This document shows, one piece after another, positions 20,711-31,191 of a DNA stretch of 64,000 nucleotides (position 1 is its first letter; the number at the start of each line of letters is the position of its first letter). The DNA is from an uncultured Leptospiraceae bacterium (GTDB lineage Bacteria; Spirochaetota; UBA4802; UB4802). A model generated the notes under the pieces. That model did no database searches, was not told the origin of the DNA, and saw only the letters and a program-made list of their open reading frames with translations. The DNA lies in contig CAZAOK010000006.1 of NCBI GenBank assembly GCA_964486725.1, positions 1,121 to 65,120 of the forward strand, written 5' to 3'. Made by a program: the position numbers and the translations under genes.

Positions 20711-21868
20711 TTACCAGTCTTTAACCTGTATGTGATACTTATTGGGATTACCGGGGTCTTTGCGCCATGTTATCACCTTGTTTGCGATTTGCCCCGGCAA
20801 TCCGAAGGTATAGGGCTTACCGTTTATTTTTGCCTTAAGGCCGCCCGCATTACCAATTTTTAACTGGATATACTCAGAGGCTTCCCATCTTTCACGGGTT
20901 CCGGCAGGGATTATCCCTTTCACCTTCTCATTTCCGTCAAGGTAAAGCTCAAGGTAGGTCTTCTGATTAAATTCAGCGTCAAAGACAATCTTTAAATTAT
21001 TATCAGTATGCGCCACAACCTGGGTCCCCTGTGTCTCTTCTTTTTCAAATTCAGGCTCAACAATGTCACTCTTCTGATCCTCTGCTTTGGCTACTTCTTC
21101 ATTGCTGGCCCCGCCAAGCATCACCCGAAGCTTGGCACGATTATCGGTCAGGCCTTTCAGCGTAACAATCACATCACGGGGAACACCCGGTGCGTCAATA
21201 GTGACAGGTTTTTCCATCTCCAGGGTATATGACATGCCTTCGGGCAGCAATTGCAGAGTAACACCCGAGTCAGCTATATCCGAAATGATAAACATTACCT
21301 CTTTGTTATCCACCATAAACTGGGCAGCTTCATTGTTATACAGCAGAATAAAACCACTCTGATTTGTTAATTGCATTGAATGGATTTTTTCAATTTTAAT
21401 TTCACTGTCCCTGGCAAGCTTATATTCATTCTGAATATTCGCGATTGAATCATCACCCTCAATATCGATATCCGATGTAAAGAGGGTAGCAGCCAGCCAG
21501 CCCACAATCAATATAACCAAAACAACCCCGACACCCAGCAGCATACTTTTATACTGTTCAACATATAGCGAAACCTGTGAAAGAATCGATGGACCCGTTG
21601 GTTTTGTAAGCTCTTCAATGGGCGTAGTACTTTCTCCAATCTTATATCCTTTATATGATTGAATGATCTCGTCAGCGTCCATTTTAAGGTATTCGGCGTA
21701 ACTTCTCAAAAAACCGGTAACATATGTCTCTCCCGGAAACTTTTCGAACTCTTCGTTTTCAAGAGCTTCAATATATATGGCCGACATATTTGTATCCCTG
21801 GCCACATCCCTGATGGTAAGTTTTTTGGCCTCCCTGGTGGCCCGCAGTTTTTCTCCTATTCCTTCCAC
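20711..21868 (-). CDS. RodZ-like HTH/DUF4115 cytoskeleton protein
   Basis: N-terminal XRE HTH (LTIRDVARDTNMSAIYIEALENEEF), TM helix, C-terminal domain. Confidence 0.65.
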   Translation of the reverse strand: MEGIGEKLRATREAKKLTIRDVARDTNMSAIYIEALENEEFEKFPGETYVTGFLRSYAEYLKMDADEIIQSYKGYKIGESTTPIEELTKPTGPSILSQVSLYVEQYKSMLLGVGVVLVILIVGWLAATLFTSDIDIEGDDSIANIQNEYKLARDSEIKIEKIHSMQLTNQSGFILLYNNEAAQFMVDNKEVMFIISDIADSGVTLQLLPEGMSYTLEMEKPVTIDAPGVPRDVIVTLKGLTDNRAKLRVMLGGASNEEVAKAEDQKSDIVEPEFEKEETQGTQVVAHTDNNLKIVFDAEFNQKTYLELYLDGNEKVKGIIPAGTRERWEASEYIQLKIGNAGGLKAKINGKPYTFGLPGQIANKVITWRKDPGNPNKYHIQVKDW

Positions 21869-21871
21869 AAC

Positions 21872-22564
21872 CTACTCCTCGGATAACATTGGATTTTTAA
21901 TTACGCGTGCTTTAGACGGGATGTCAAATTTGAAAATTCCATTGGGAAGGTTAACCCCTGTTTTAATATTACTAAAATCAATTGTAACCTTTTTTCCTGA
22001 TGACGTTTCACCTTCAGCACGACTTATAAAATATTTTTCATTGATCCACAACTTAATGGTACGATATCCGCTCCTGGTTTCCCTCTGTTTAAGGAAAAGG
22101 GTGTAGAATTTTTCACCATCTTTATTTGTTTCCGGCTGATCACTTGAAGCAAACTTATAGTGGTACTTAGAAAACAACCTTGTCAGGCCGCTCCTGGTTC
22201 CCGAAGAGAAGAGAGAGGCAGAATCTGAATTCAGATCCTGGTCTGCCACCACGTTCATACTTGGAATGTATATCCACATACGGGAGCCATTTGAAATTAT
22301 CTTTTGCCCATAGGGACTGCTGAAATCAACCAGCAGCTTTTCGGGGGCCTTGAATTTTACTGTACCCCGCTGATGAAGCTTTTTCCCAAGTTTATCAGAT
22401 ACTATAACGAAGTTTGCCTGGTAGGTCTTGACCTCTGAAAAAGTCTTTTTTACATTTTTTACCACATCGCTAACGGTGGTAAACTCGAAATTATACCCCA
22501 TGGCAATACCGGCACTCATGAGTAAAACCAGTACTGCGCATACTGTTTTTAGTGATCTGATCAT
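21872..22564 (-). CDS. LolA-like outer-membrane lipoprotein carrier family protein
   Basis: Signal peptide; LolA-like fold size and motifs. Confidence 0.5.
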   Translation of the reverse strand: MIRSLKTVCAVLVLLMSAGIAMGYNFEFTTVSDVVKNVKKTFSEVKTYQANFVIVSDKLGKKLHQRGTVKFKAPEKLLVDFSSPYGQKIISNGSRMWIYIPSMNVVADQDLNSDSASLFSSGTRSGLTRLFSKYHYKFASSDQPETNKDGEKFYTLFLKQRETRSGYRTIKLWINEKYFISRAEGETSSGKKVTIDFSNIKTGVNLPNGIFKFDIPSKARVIKNPMLSEE

Positions 22565-22780
22565 TATACGACTATTCTCCTGATTTTTAGGATGGTTCCT
22601 TGTTAAACAACAAAAGTAATTTCAAACAGTAAAAAGTCAAATCAAAAAATCAGCTATAATAAAATGCAAAATTATTCTATATAACCCAAAAAGTGTTTAA
22701 ATATTGTAGACAAATACTATTCCCTGTACTAACCTGTTGATAACAGAACAGATACAAATTCAAACCAGGATGAAACTACT

Positions 22781-22969
22781 ATGAAAGCAATCTTTATCGG
22801 GCAAAACAGGTTGAAAGAGGTCGACTTTGAAGACTTGTATCTTGACGATGAATTTGTAGCACTTCTCAGTGAATTTAATATCCTTGAGTCACATATAGTA
22901 TATTTTTCCGCCGGTGACGCGAAGATCAAGGAAATACTCATCAAGAAAGAACCATCCATATCAGCATAG
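22781..22969 (+). CDS. hypothetical small protein (62 aa)
   Basis: ORF with AGGA 10 nt upstream; imperfect hairpin plus T-run downstream near 23020-23045. Confidence 0.35.
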   Translation: MKAIFIGQNRLKEVDFEDLYLDDEFVALLSEFNILESHIVYFSAGDAKIKEILIKKEPSISA

Positions 22970-23305
22970 CACACCACGAGATTTACTGTACCTGAAACCG
23001 GCCATAAAAATGCCGCCTAAGCCGGTGATCACCCGGGCTTTTCGCGTAAATACTTGATCATTACAACAGCATCCCGAAATGTGCAAACATCCCCAAAAAA
23101 ATGACTCAAAAAATCAGGGGGTGGACGTCAAAGCAGTGAACTCAACCACACCCCCTGCATCATCCATGCGGGCAGTACCGATACAATAAGAAACTGCGTG
23201 ATAAAAAAACAGAATGTGTTGTCAAATGCCCCGTCACAACCGATACTTTAATATACTGAAATAAATATGCAATGAAACAATAAACAAAAAATAATCCGAC
23301 CAGAC

Positions 23306-23321
23306 TGGTTTTTCCCTTGCA
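23306..23321 (+). promoter_or_regulatory. candidate sigma-54 (-24/-12) promoter TGG-N8-TTGCA
   Basis: cTGGtttttcccTTGCAtg, exact consensus spacing, about 70 nt upstream of the HD-GYP gene ATG. Confidence 0.3.
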
Positions 23322-23388
23322 TGTATAACCGGTATATGTAACTATAAGTAATCGTCAATCAAGATAAGTCAGGGTGATCCACTATATC

Positions 23389-26300
23389 ATGAAACCATCT
23401 TTTAGACAAAATACCCTTACGGCACACGAGCTAACTGACTCACTTCTTCAACTTTCCAGAGAGATTGATATATCAACATCCATCAAAGAATGCGCTGTAG
23501 CTATACAATCCAGTATAATACAGTTGGGATTGCCTCTTGTCAACATATCCTTCCTTATAAATGACATGGGGGACGACTACCTTCTATTATACCCCATCTG
23601 GAACAGGGTTAACGAATTAACCGGTAATTCCCTGGACTACACCGCACGAAACGAACCCGGCCCCATTGACATCCGTCTTTTGATAAAGAAAAGAAAAATT
23701 TCCCGTGACAGTATTATCTTTTCACTTATGCGTGGAATTATTGTGAAATCAGAATCGCTCCTTCTTGAATCATCAGATGAAGAATGTACCACCGTCCCGG
23801 CAAGCCAGTTCATGGTTGATTTTTTCACTTTATCAGGATTTGACCACAGTATGCTCACTCATGAGGATATCGAGAATATCGTTGAAAATGCAGATATTGG
23901 AGGCATTCTCTCGTTTCCATTACGCGATAAAAAGAATATAATAGGAACCCTCGACTTCGCCTTTCCATCAGGTTACACAACAATTGATACATACACATTG
24001 CAACTGTTGCACCTGGCTGCCAATATTATTGCCTCAGGGTTCAGTCACTTTCTTTTAAAGAACAGGATGCACATATCAGAATCCAAGTATCGTTCATTGT
24101 TTGATGCCACGCCGGTAGCCATGGGTGTATTAAACTCCAACCTGGAAATACTGGAAACAAACTCCCTCTTTCACGAATGGTTTTCCTCTTTCACCGGTAC
24201 CACCAGGCAGAAATGTTACGAGATTATGCCAGGCACCCCGGGTACAGAGCCCTGCCCCCAGTGTCTTGTCCACAGAACATTTGAAACAGGAAAAATCGCG
24301 TCACGTGAAAAAAAAGTGGAGATGAACAATAATGTCCATTATTTAAAATACACAACCGCACCGGTACTCAATGATTCTGGCAGCATAACCTCGGTGATAC
24401 AGGTAATTGAAGATATTACCAGCCGCCGGATAGCAGAACAAAAAATTGAAAACTACAACCTGAAACTCGAAGAAGAAATATCACAACGTACATCCGAGTT
24501 AAAGAACAGGGAGCAATGTCTTGCAAGTGTTGCCCATACAATATACGAGATAAAGCAGGCCAACAACCTGATGGAAAGCATCAGTAAGATAATCAGGGGA
24601 TTCTCAGGCCTGAATGCCATCAGTATTATTTGCGCAATTTATGACCAGGAACGTAATGACGTCTACCTGGCCGACATGTATCCTGATACACTGGTGTCCC
24701 TTATAAAAAAAACCACTGGTGTAAAAGTATCCGGAATGCATATGAAGAAAGAAGTGTATCCCGACAATCCACTCATTAAATGTATAAACACCGGAACTCC
24801 CATACACTTCAATAGTGAAGAGGAGGTAACCGGTTTTATTTCTGCCTGTTTTCCGGAAATCCAACTGTCGCGTTTATCACCACTGGTTGATGCTGTCGCA
24901 AATAACGCCTTTATCGTTTTCCCCCTTTCAACCAAGTACAGGATTGAGGGGTCAATAGCTATTGCCGCCCCGCGTGATCTCATTGAAATGAATCTTGAAT
25001 ATTACCAGCTGCTTATTGATGCCTCCGCCGTAGAAATAAGCAGACAGAAAAATTCGGATAAACTGGCCATGTCAGAGATCAAGTACAGAAACCTCGTTGA
25101 AAATTCCAGCGATATAATTTTTCTGTGTAAAACTGACGGAGAGGTATTATTTGCTAACCGGACATTTTATGACACACTTGAGCATTCCCATTGCAGTATA
25201 CAAAATATGAATATTTATTCTCTTTTCTCCAGTGAACACAGTGAACGGCTTGAAAAGATAGTATCATCAAGCTTCAGTCTCGGGCGTGACCCGGAGCCTT
25301 TTGAGATAAAGATACAGTCGTTGAACGGAAAATCCATCTGGACTGAAGTGAATATAAACCTCGTAACAGGTGATGAACCCGGTTTTCAGCTGGTTGCCAG
25401 GAATATCGAAAGAAGAAAATCGATGGAAACACATATCAACAGTCTTACCGCCTTCCAGGAGAAAATACTTCAAAACGAGATGGTAGCAATTGTCACCACT
25501 GACCTTGACGGCAATATCACCAGCTGGAACAGGGGAGCTACAGAAATTCTTGGCTATCTTCCAGAAGAGGTAAAGGACAAAACCATTCACAATCTCATCG
25601 TGGCCCGAAACGTAAATCATCATTTCGCTTCGGAAAAGACCGATCACAGTGATATTACAGAACAACCGCAACAGGAAGTCAGCATTCGTAAAAAAGACGG
25701 TGGGGCTGCCAATACAATTTACATGAGTTCCTTAATGAAAAATGAAGAGGATATTCCCATTGCGCAAATGATATTTTTTATTGATATATCAGAAAAGAAG
25801 AAACTTGAAAACAACTGGAAAGAACTGAATGAACGACTTAATCACGCCCAGCTTATAACTATTGTCTCTCTTGCCAAGCTGGCTGAATACCGTGATATTG
25901 AGACCGGGTTACACCTTGAACGAATAATGAAATACACCGAACTGATCGCCAGGCAGCTTGCCGGATATACACATTACAGTAATTACATAACCGAAGCGTA
26001 TATTACAGACCTTGTGAACTCATGCCTTCTTCATGATATCGGGAAGGTTGGTATCCCCGACCAGATATTGCATAAACCAGGCATGCTGACAGAAGAAGAA
26101 TACGAGATAATGAAGAAGCACACATTGATCGGTGGCGATACCATGGCCAACGCCGAGAAGAAAGTCAAGGGCAGATCCTACCTGAATATCGGTAAAGAGA
26201 TAGCTTATTATCATCACGAACGCTGGGATGGCTCGGGATATCCTTACGGATTAAAAGGAAAATCAATCCCCCTTTCCGCCCGAATCGTATCCATCGCCGA

Positions 26301-26469
26301 TGTATATGACGCGTTAACCACCAGCCGACCCTACAAGGAAGCCTATAGTCACGACAGGGCCATGGAGATCATCGTGGAAAAAGCGGGATCACAATTCGAC
26401 GAAACAATTGTAGACGCACTGCTAAAATGTAGCGGGGATTTCAAGGAGTGGAAAAACAAACTGGCATAG
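23389..26469 (+). CDS. multi-sensor (GAF/PAS) HD-GYP c-di-GMP phosphodiesterase
   Basis: C-terminal HDIGKVGIP ... HHERWDGSGYP motifs; ORF begins at GTG 23374, but ATG 23389 with AGGGTGA RBS is preferred. Confidence 0.8.
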   Translation: MKPSFRQNTLTAHELTDSLLQLSREIDISTSIKECAVAIQSSIIQLGLPLVNISFLINDMGDDYLLLYPIWNRVNELTGNSLDYTARNEPGPIDIRLLIKKRKISRDSIIFSLMRGIIVKSESLLLESSDEECTTVPASQFMVDFFTLSGFDHSMLTHEDIENIVENADIGGILSFPLRDKKNIIGTLDFAFPSGYTTIDTYTLQLLHLAANIIASGFSHFLLKNRMHISESKYRSLFDATPVAMGVLNSNLEILETNSLFHEWFSSFTGTTRQKCYEIMPGTPGTEPCPQCLVHRTFETGKIASREKKVEMNNNVHYLKYTTAPVLNDSGSITSVIQVIEDITSRRIAEQKIENYNLKLEEEISQRTSELKNREQCLASVAHTIYEIKQANNLMESISKIIRGFSGLNAISIICAIYDQERNDVYLADMYPDTLVSLIKKTTGVKVSGMHMKKEVYPDNPLIKCINTGTPIHFNSEEEVTGFISACFPEIQLSRLSPLVDAVANNAFIVFPLSTKYRIEGSIAIAAPRDLIEMNLEYYQLLIDASAVEISRQKNSDKLAMSEIKYRNLVENSSDIIFLCKTDGEVLFANRTFYDTLEHSHCSIQNMNIYSLFSSEHSERLEKIVSSSFSLGRDPEPFEIKIQSLNGKSIWTEVNINLVTGDEPGFQLVARNIERRKSMETHINSLTAFQEKILQNEMVAIVTTDLDGNITSWNRGATEILGYLPEEVKDKTIHNLIVARNVNHHFASEKTDHSDITEQPQQEVSIRKKDGGAANTIYMSSLMKNEEDIPIAQMIFFIDISEKKKLENNWKELNERLNHAQLITIVSLAKLAEYRDIETGLHLERIMKYTELIARQLAGYTHYSNYITEAYITDLVNSCLLHDIGKVGIPDQILHKPGMLTEEEYEIMKKHTLIGGDTMANAEKKVKGRSYLNIGKEIAYYHHERWDGSGYPYGLKGKSIPLSARIVSIADVYDALTTSRPYKEAYSHDRAMEIIVEKAGSQFDETIVDALLKCSGDFKEWKNKLA

Positions 26470-26940
26470 TTACATATGTTTTTCCCGCCGGTGAAAAAAG
26501 TTAACATCTTCTTCTATGGATATTACCCCGTAATAGCCACCACGGCATTCACCCGGATTAAACAACCATGGTTTTTTTTCAGAAAGATACTGCAGGTGGG
26601 TATGACCGAACAAGGCAACATCACACCCCGCCCCTACCGTATCATCATATAAACCCGACAGCCCCCTGTGAACATGGAGAGTATCTCCATGGATAATATA
26701 CACCTTGAACCCTTCAATTGTTTCGATTAGTTTTTGCTCTATCTGCATACCACGTGCCCTGTCAATATTCCCAGATACCTTCAACACGAATGGATTTCCC
26801 GGTAATTGAACATGCATCAGGTCTGCAACACCGTCACCACAATGAACAAGGTAATCGAATGGTTTTTCCAATGAAACAATACGCTCCAGGGCAGTAGTAT
26901 TCCCATGGGAATCAGATACCACAAGTATCTTCACCGGCAT
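26470..26940 (-). CDS. metallophosphoesterase (YfcE/MJ0936 family)
   Basis: ILVVSDSHGN ... GHTH motifs. Confidence 0.75.
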   Translation of the reverse strand: MPVKILVVSDSHGNTTALERIVSLEKPFDYLVHCGDGVADLMHVQLPGNPFVLKVSGNIDRARGMQIEQKLIETIEGFKVYIIHGDTLHVHRGLSGLYDDTVGAGCDVALFGHTHLQYLSEKKPWLFNPGECRGGYYGVISIEEDVNFFHRREKHM

Positions 26941-28058
26941 CAGTCAACACCATGTTTTATGTTTTCTATGTACATGATGGTGCAATCATCGTATATGGCA
27001 TATTTTGACTCATCAAGGACAAGGGCAACAAGTCTGGCAAATTTTTCATTTGTAGAAGATGTCCCATTTTTTAACACTTCAAGAACGGGATCCTTGCCCA
27101 TCATGTTCCCCTTCTCGTCCATCTTGTCAATCACCCCATCGGTAAACAGGAAAAGCACTTCACCTTTTTTGAAGTCAGTTTTCCGGGTTATATAATCAAT
27201 ATTATTTCTAGGTCCGAGTATAACCTGGTTCTGGTTAATTTCTTCAACCCTGTCGGGTTTTGTCAGCAATGGATATTCGTGTCCCGCACTGGCGTATTCA
27301 AGAATTTCCCTGTGTGGGTCAAGCACGCCGCAGAAAAGCGTAACGAATGCTCCCTCGGGGAATGTTCCATTTAATTCATCATTCATGATGGTCAGGATAT
27401 TACCGGGTTTGTCGGTGATTTTCAGTGTATTATGGAAAAGCATTTTAACCATCATTGTATACAGGGCTGCCGAAATACTGTGACCGACAACGTCAGCCAC
27501 GTAAAATACAACCCGCCCGTCGCGAAATAATATATAATCGAATATATCACCCCCCACATCGGTAAGGGGACGCATCCATGATCTGATTCGAACGAGGTCA
27601 CCATCATACTCATTTTCCGGGAGCATGATTTTCTGTACATTACTTGCCATCAACAATTCTGACCTTATTTCATCATTAAAACGCAGCATCTTGCCAATTT
27701 TCATGCCGTTCTCGATACGGCGCAGAATCACTTCGACACGTTCGGGTTTTTGGATATAGTCATAAACACCCATTTTAAAACTTTGCACCACCAGGTCGGG
27801 ATCACCGGCACCGGACATGATCAGCACGGGCACCTTATGCAGCAGGGTCTCGTTTAACTCTGCGAGAAAATCGATACCGCTGAGCCCCGGAAGAAACATA
27901 TCCAGTATTATCAGGTTTAATGAAAATGATTTAATTATAGACCGGGCATCTTCTGCCGATTCGGCTTCAAGCACGTGATATTCATTTTCAAGCAGCCGAA
28001 ACATGAATTTTCGAAAGTGTTCGTCGTCATCAATTATGAGAATGGTTTCTTTCATCAA
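26940..28058 (-). CDS. response regulator receiver fused to PP2C/SpoIIE phosphatase (RsbU-like)
   Basis: ILIIDDDEHFRKF...LDMFLPGLSGIDF receiver; C-terminal PP2C block. Confidence 0.75.
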   Translation of the reverse strand: MMKETILIIDDDEHFRKFMFRLLENEYHVLEAESAEDARSIIKSFSLNLIILDMFLPGLSGIDFLAELNETLLHKVPVLIMSGAGDPDLVVQSFKMGVYDYIQKPERVEVILRRIENGMKIGKMLRFNDEIRSELLMASNVQKIMLPENEYDGDLVRIRSWMRPLTDVGGDIFDYILFRDGRVVFYVADVVGHSISAALYTMMVKMLFHNTLKITDKPGNILTIMNDELNGTFPEGAFVTLFCGVLDPHREILEYASAGHEYPLLTKPDRVEEINQNQVILGPRNNIDYITRKTDFKKGEVLFLFTDGVIDKMDEKGNMMGKDPVLEVLKNGTSSTNEKFARLVALVLDESKYAIYDDCTIMYIENIKHGVD

Positions 28059-28211
28059 CTTTCCAATTTAACAAAAAAATGCTTGCATTAAGATAAAGGC
28101 CGCTGTTAGTCCATAATAATATGTACATCATGTCATGAACCGCACAGGGCTTCAAGAAATATTATAACAACGTGATATATTTATCTAAAAATTCATTCAA
28201 GTGAAAATTAT

Positions 28212-30008
28212 ATGAACCAGAATAACATTCGAAATTTCTCAATTATTGCCCACATCGACCATGGCAAGTCAACCCTTGCCGACCGTATCATTGAATTGTG
28301 CCATATGCCCGGGGTGCCAGAACACCTTGAGCAGCTGCTTGATGACATGGATATCGAAAGAGAACGTGGAATAACCATAAAATCAAACGTTATCACTCTG
28401 AATTACACCGCCAGGTCGGGGGAAGAATACCTGCTCAATCTTATCGACACACCAGGGCATGTTGACTTCAGTTACGAGGTATCCCGCGCCCTTGCCGCGT
28501 GCGACGGTGTACTACTTGTAATTGACGCCTCACAGGGGGTAGAAGCGCAAACCATAGCCAACCTGTACCTGGCAATGGATAATGACCTGGAGATCATCCC
28601 GGTAATCAACAAGATTGATATGCCCAACGCCGATATAGAAGCCACCAAAAGCAGCATAGAAAAATCCCTTGGCCTTGATGCTGATGTGGCTGTTCTTACT
28701 TCCGCCAGGGAGGGAACAGGAATCGAGGAGCTTCTCGAAAGAATTATTGAGTTTATTCCTCCTCCCAAGGGTGATCCTGATGCTCCCCTGAAGGCCCTCA
28801 TATTCGATTCATCATTCGACCAGTATGTGGGTGCCATATGCAAGGTACGAATAATTGACGGGATGGTTAAAAAAGACGATGTGATACAGATGTTTTCCAC
28901 CGGGAAGGAATACCCGGTGAGCGAGGTGGGATTCTTCCGAATTAACAGGGTAAAAAAGGATGTGTTATATCCCGGGGATGTAGGCTATATCATTGCCGGG
29001 ATTAAATCGGTTATGGACACCAAGATCGGCGACACTATCACAACCGTTGATAATCCCGCCGACACGCAATTATCCGGATTCAGAGACGTAAAACCCATGG
29101 TTTTTTCAGGCCTGTATCCCATGTACAGTGACGATTATGACTCACTAAAAGAAGCACTGTACAAGCTCAGGCTCAATGACGCATCACTCTTATTTGAACC
29201 AGACAACTCGTATGCCCTGGGATTTGGTTTCAGATGCGGATACCTGGGTCTGCTTCACATGGAAATAGTACAGGAGCGGCTGGAACGTGAGTTTGACCTT
29301 TCTCTGATTACCACCTCCCCAAGTGTTGAATACATCGTGCATACCATCAACGGGAAAGTGATGACCATCGACAACCCGGTTAAAATGCCCGATCCGGGAC
29401 ATATCGATTACATCGAAGAACCATTTGTAGACGCAAGCATTATCACCCCCTCGGAATACGTGGGAAACATAATGTCACTTGTAAGTGAATGCAGGGGTAT
29501 TCACCGTCACATGGAATATTCCGATCCGACACGGGTTCAGCTTTTTTATGATATACCGTTATCTGAAATTGTATTCAATTTCTACGATAAATTAAAATCC
29601 TGTTCACGGGGATATGCCTCATTTGACTATGATTACAAGGACAACCGCCGTTCGGATATGGTAAAAGTGGATATACTGGTAAACGGTGAGTCGGTAGACG
29701 CCCTCTCCTTCATGGTTCACGAGAGCAAGGCAGCCCTGAGGGGACGTGAGATAATCGGCAAGCTTAAAGACATCATACCCCGCCACCAGTTCAAGATACC
29801 ATTGCAGGCCGCAACGGGGGCAAGAATTATCGCGAGGGAAAACATATCCGCCCTGCGGAAAAACGTTACCGCCAAGTGTTACGGCGGGGATATCTCCAGG
29901 AAACGAAAACTCCTTGAAAAGCAGAAAGAAGGGAAAAAACGGATGAAGATGATCGGTTCTGTTGAAATTCCACAGGAAGCTTTTCTTTCAATCTTAAAAA
30001 TCGAGTAG
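28212..30008 (+). CDS. lepA: elongation factor 4
   Basis: [22 protein letters not shown]. Confidence 0.95.
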   Translation: MNQNNIRNFSIIAHIDHGKSTLADRIIELCHMPGVPEHLEQLLDDMDIERERGITIKSNVITLNYTARSGEEYLLNLIDTPGHVDFSYEVSRALAACDGVLLVIDASQGVEAQTIANLYLAMDNDLEIIPVINKIDMPNADIEATKSSIEKSLGLDADVAVLTSAREGTGIEELLERIIEFIPPPKGDPDAPLKALIFDSSFDQYVGAICKVRIIDGMVKKDDVIQMFSTGKEYPVSEVGFFRINRVKKDVLYPGDVGYIIAGIKSVMDTKIGDTITTVDNPADTQLSGFRDVKPMVFSGLYPMYSDDYDSLKEALYKLRLNDASLLFEPDNSYALGFGFRCGYLGLLHMEIVQERLEREFDLSLITTSPSVEYIVHTINGKVMTIDNPVKMPDPGHIDYIEEPFVDASIITPSEYVGNIMSLVSECRGIHRHMEYSDPTRVQLFYDIPLSEIVFNFYDKLKSCSRGYASFDYDYKDNRRSDMVKVDILVNGESVDALSFMVHESKAALRGREIIGKLKDIIPRHQFKIPLQAATGARIIARENISALRKNVTAKCYGGDISRKRKLLEKQKEGKKRMKMIGSVEIPQEAFLSILKIE

Positions 30009-30697
30009 TGCGTACTGATACCATGCGTATAACATATCCCGAAGATCCCGTTAAAAGAAAATTTATCACGCTTGCCGAAGAGTACGCCAGGCAGAGGATG
30101 CAGAACCTCCGCTCAAGCCATGGATGGGACCATGTAAGCCGGGTGGTACGCATGGCCCTCCATATTGCCGAAGCCGAAGGTGCCGACACTTTCGTGGTGC
30201 TCATGGCATCCCTTCTGCATGATATCGCCCGGGATGAAGAGAACGCCAGCAATGGACAGGCATGCCATGCCCTTAAAGGTTACCAGCTCACCCTTGAGTT
30301 TCTTACAGCCGCTAACATGGAACACCCCGTTGCCCTGCACATCGCCGAGTGTATCAGAACCCACCGGTTCAGAAGCGACGACACGCCGGAAAGCCTTGAA
30401 GCAAAGGTATTGTTTGACGCGGATAAAATTGACTCTATCGGGGCCGTTGGCATAGGACGGGCATTTCTTTTTTCAGGAGAGGTAGGGGCCCGGCTTCATA
30501 ACGATGAACACACCGACATCCTGTCAACCCGGGCTTACACCGAAGAAGATACCGCCTACAGGGAATTCATGGTTAAGCTGCAATATATCAGTAACCGGCT
30601 GTTTACAGGCGAAGGCAAACGGATTGCCCGGGCCCGCCATCAATTCATGACTGAATACTTCAACCGTCTCCACCTTGAAGTCACGGGTGAAGCATGA
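30008..30697 (+). CDS. HD-domain metal-dependent phosphohydrolase
   Basis: HGWDHVSRV ... LLHDIAR; start overlaps lepA stop. Confidence 0.7.
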   Translation: MRTDTMRITYPEDPVKRKFITLAEEYARQRMQNLRSSHGWDHVSRVVRMALHIAEAEGADTFVVLMASLLHDIARDEENASNGQACHALKGYQLTLEFLTAANMEHPVALHIAECIRTHRFRSDDTPESLEAKVLFDADKIDSIGAVGIGRAFLFSGEVGARLHNDEHTDILSTRAYTEEDTAYREFMVKLQYISNRLFTGEGKRIARARHQFMTEYFNRLHLEVTGEA

Positions 30698-30712
30698 TGA
30701 TGGTAATTACTG

Positions 30713-31147
30713 TTACTTGAATAACGAGTAGGCGAGCTCTCCCAGTCTCTGCATAAAGGTATACAGGGAATGATCCTTTACCTCCTTGCTCCCCTCGTCG
30801 ATCTTCCGGGTATATTCTTCCATCTTGGCAAGTTCGTCTTTATCCAGCCAGATACTGCCGCAGCGGGGACAATGATCGATTATAATATCCGAGTATTCCA
30901 AAAAGTTTATCTTGTCCATCTGCACATCACCGCATTCGATACAGGTAAGCTCCGGTAAACGTTCTTCATCAGGATTGTATTCAACCGAGATGGTTTCAAA
31001 ATCACCTACCCCGTCTACCATGTCATGTAGAAGCTCGTTTAATTGATGACGATGCAGCCACATGCCGTTACACGAGTCACATGAAAGAATATTATGGTCC
31101 ATTATTTCCGTTGTCTTCAGTTCGCTTTCACATCTGGGACATTTCAT
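30713..31147 (-). CDS. tandem zf-TFIIB-type zinc-ribbon protein
   Basis: Two CPRC...C..CxGxWL modules. Confidence 0.55.
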   Translation of the reverse strand: MKCPRCESELKTTEIMDHNILSCDSCNGMWLHRHQLNELLHDMVDGVGDFETISVEYNPDEERLPELTCIECGDVQMDKINFLEYSDIIIDHCPRCGSIWLDKDELAKMEEYTRKIDEGSKEVKDHSLYTFMQRLGELAYSLFK

Positions 31148-31191
31148 TTGTAACCTCCAATCATGGTGATCTATTTGATGTATGTAACCCT

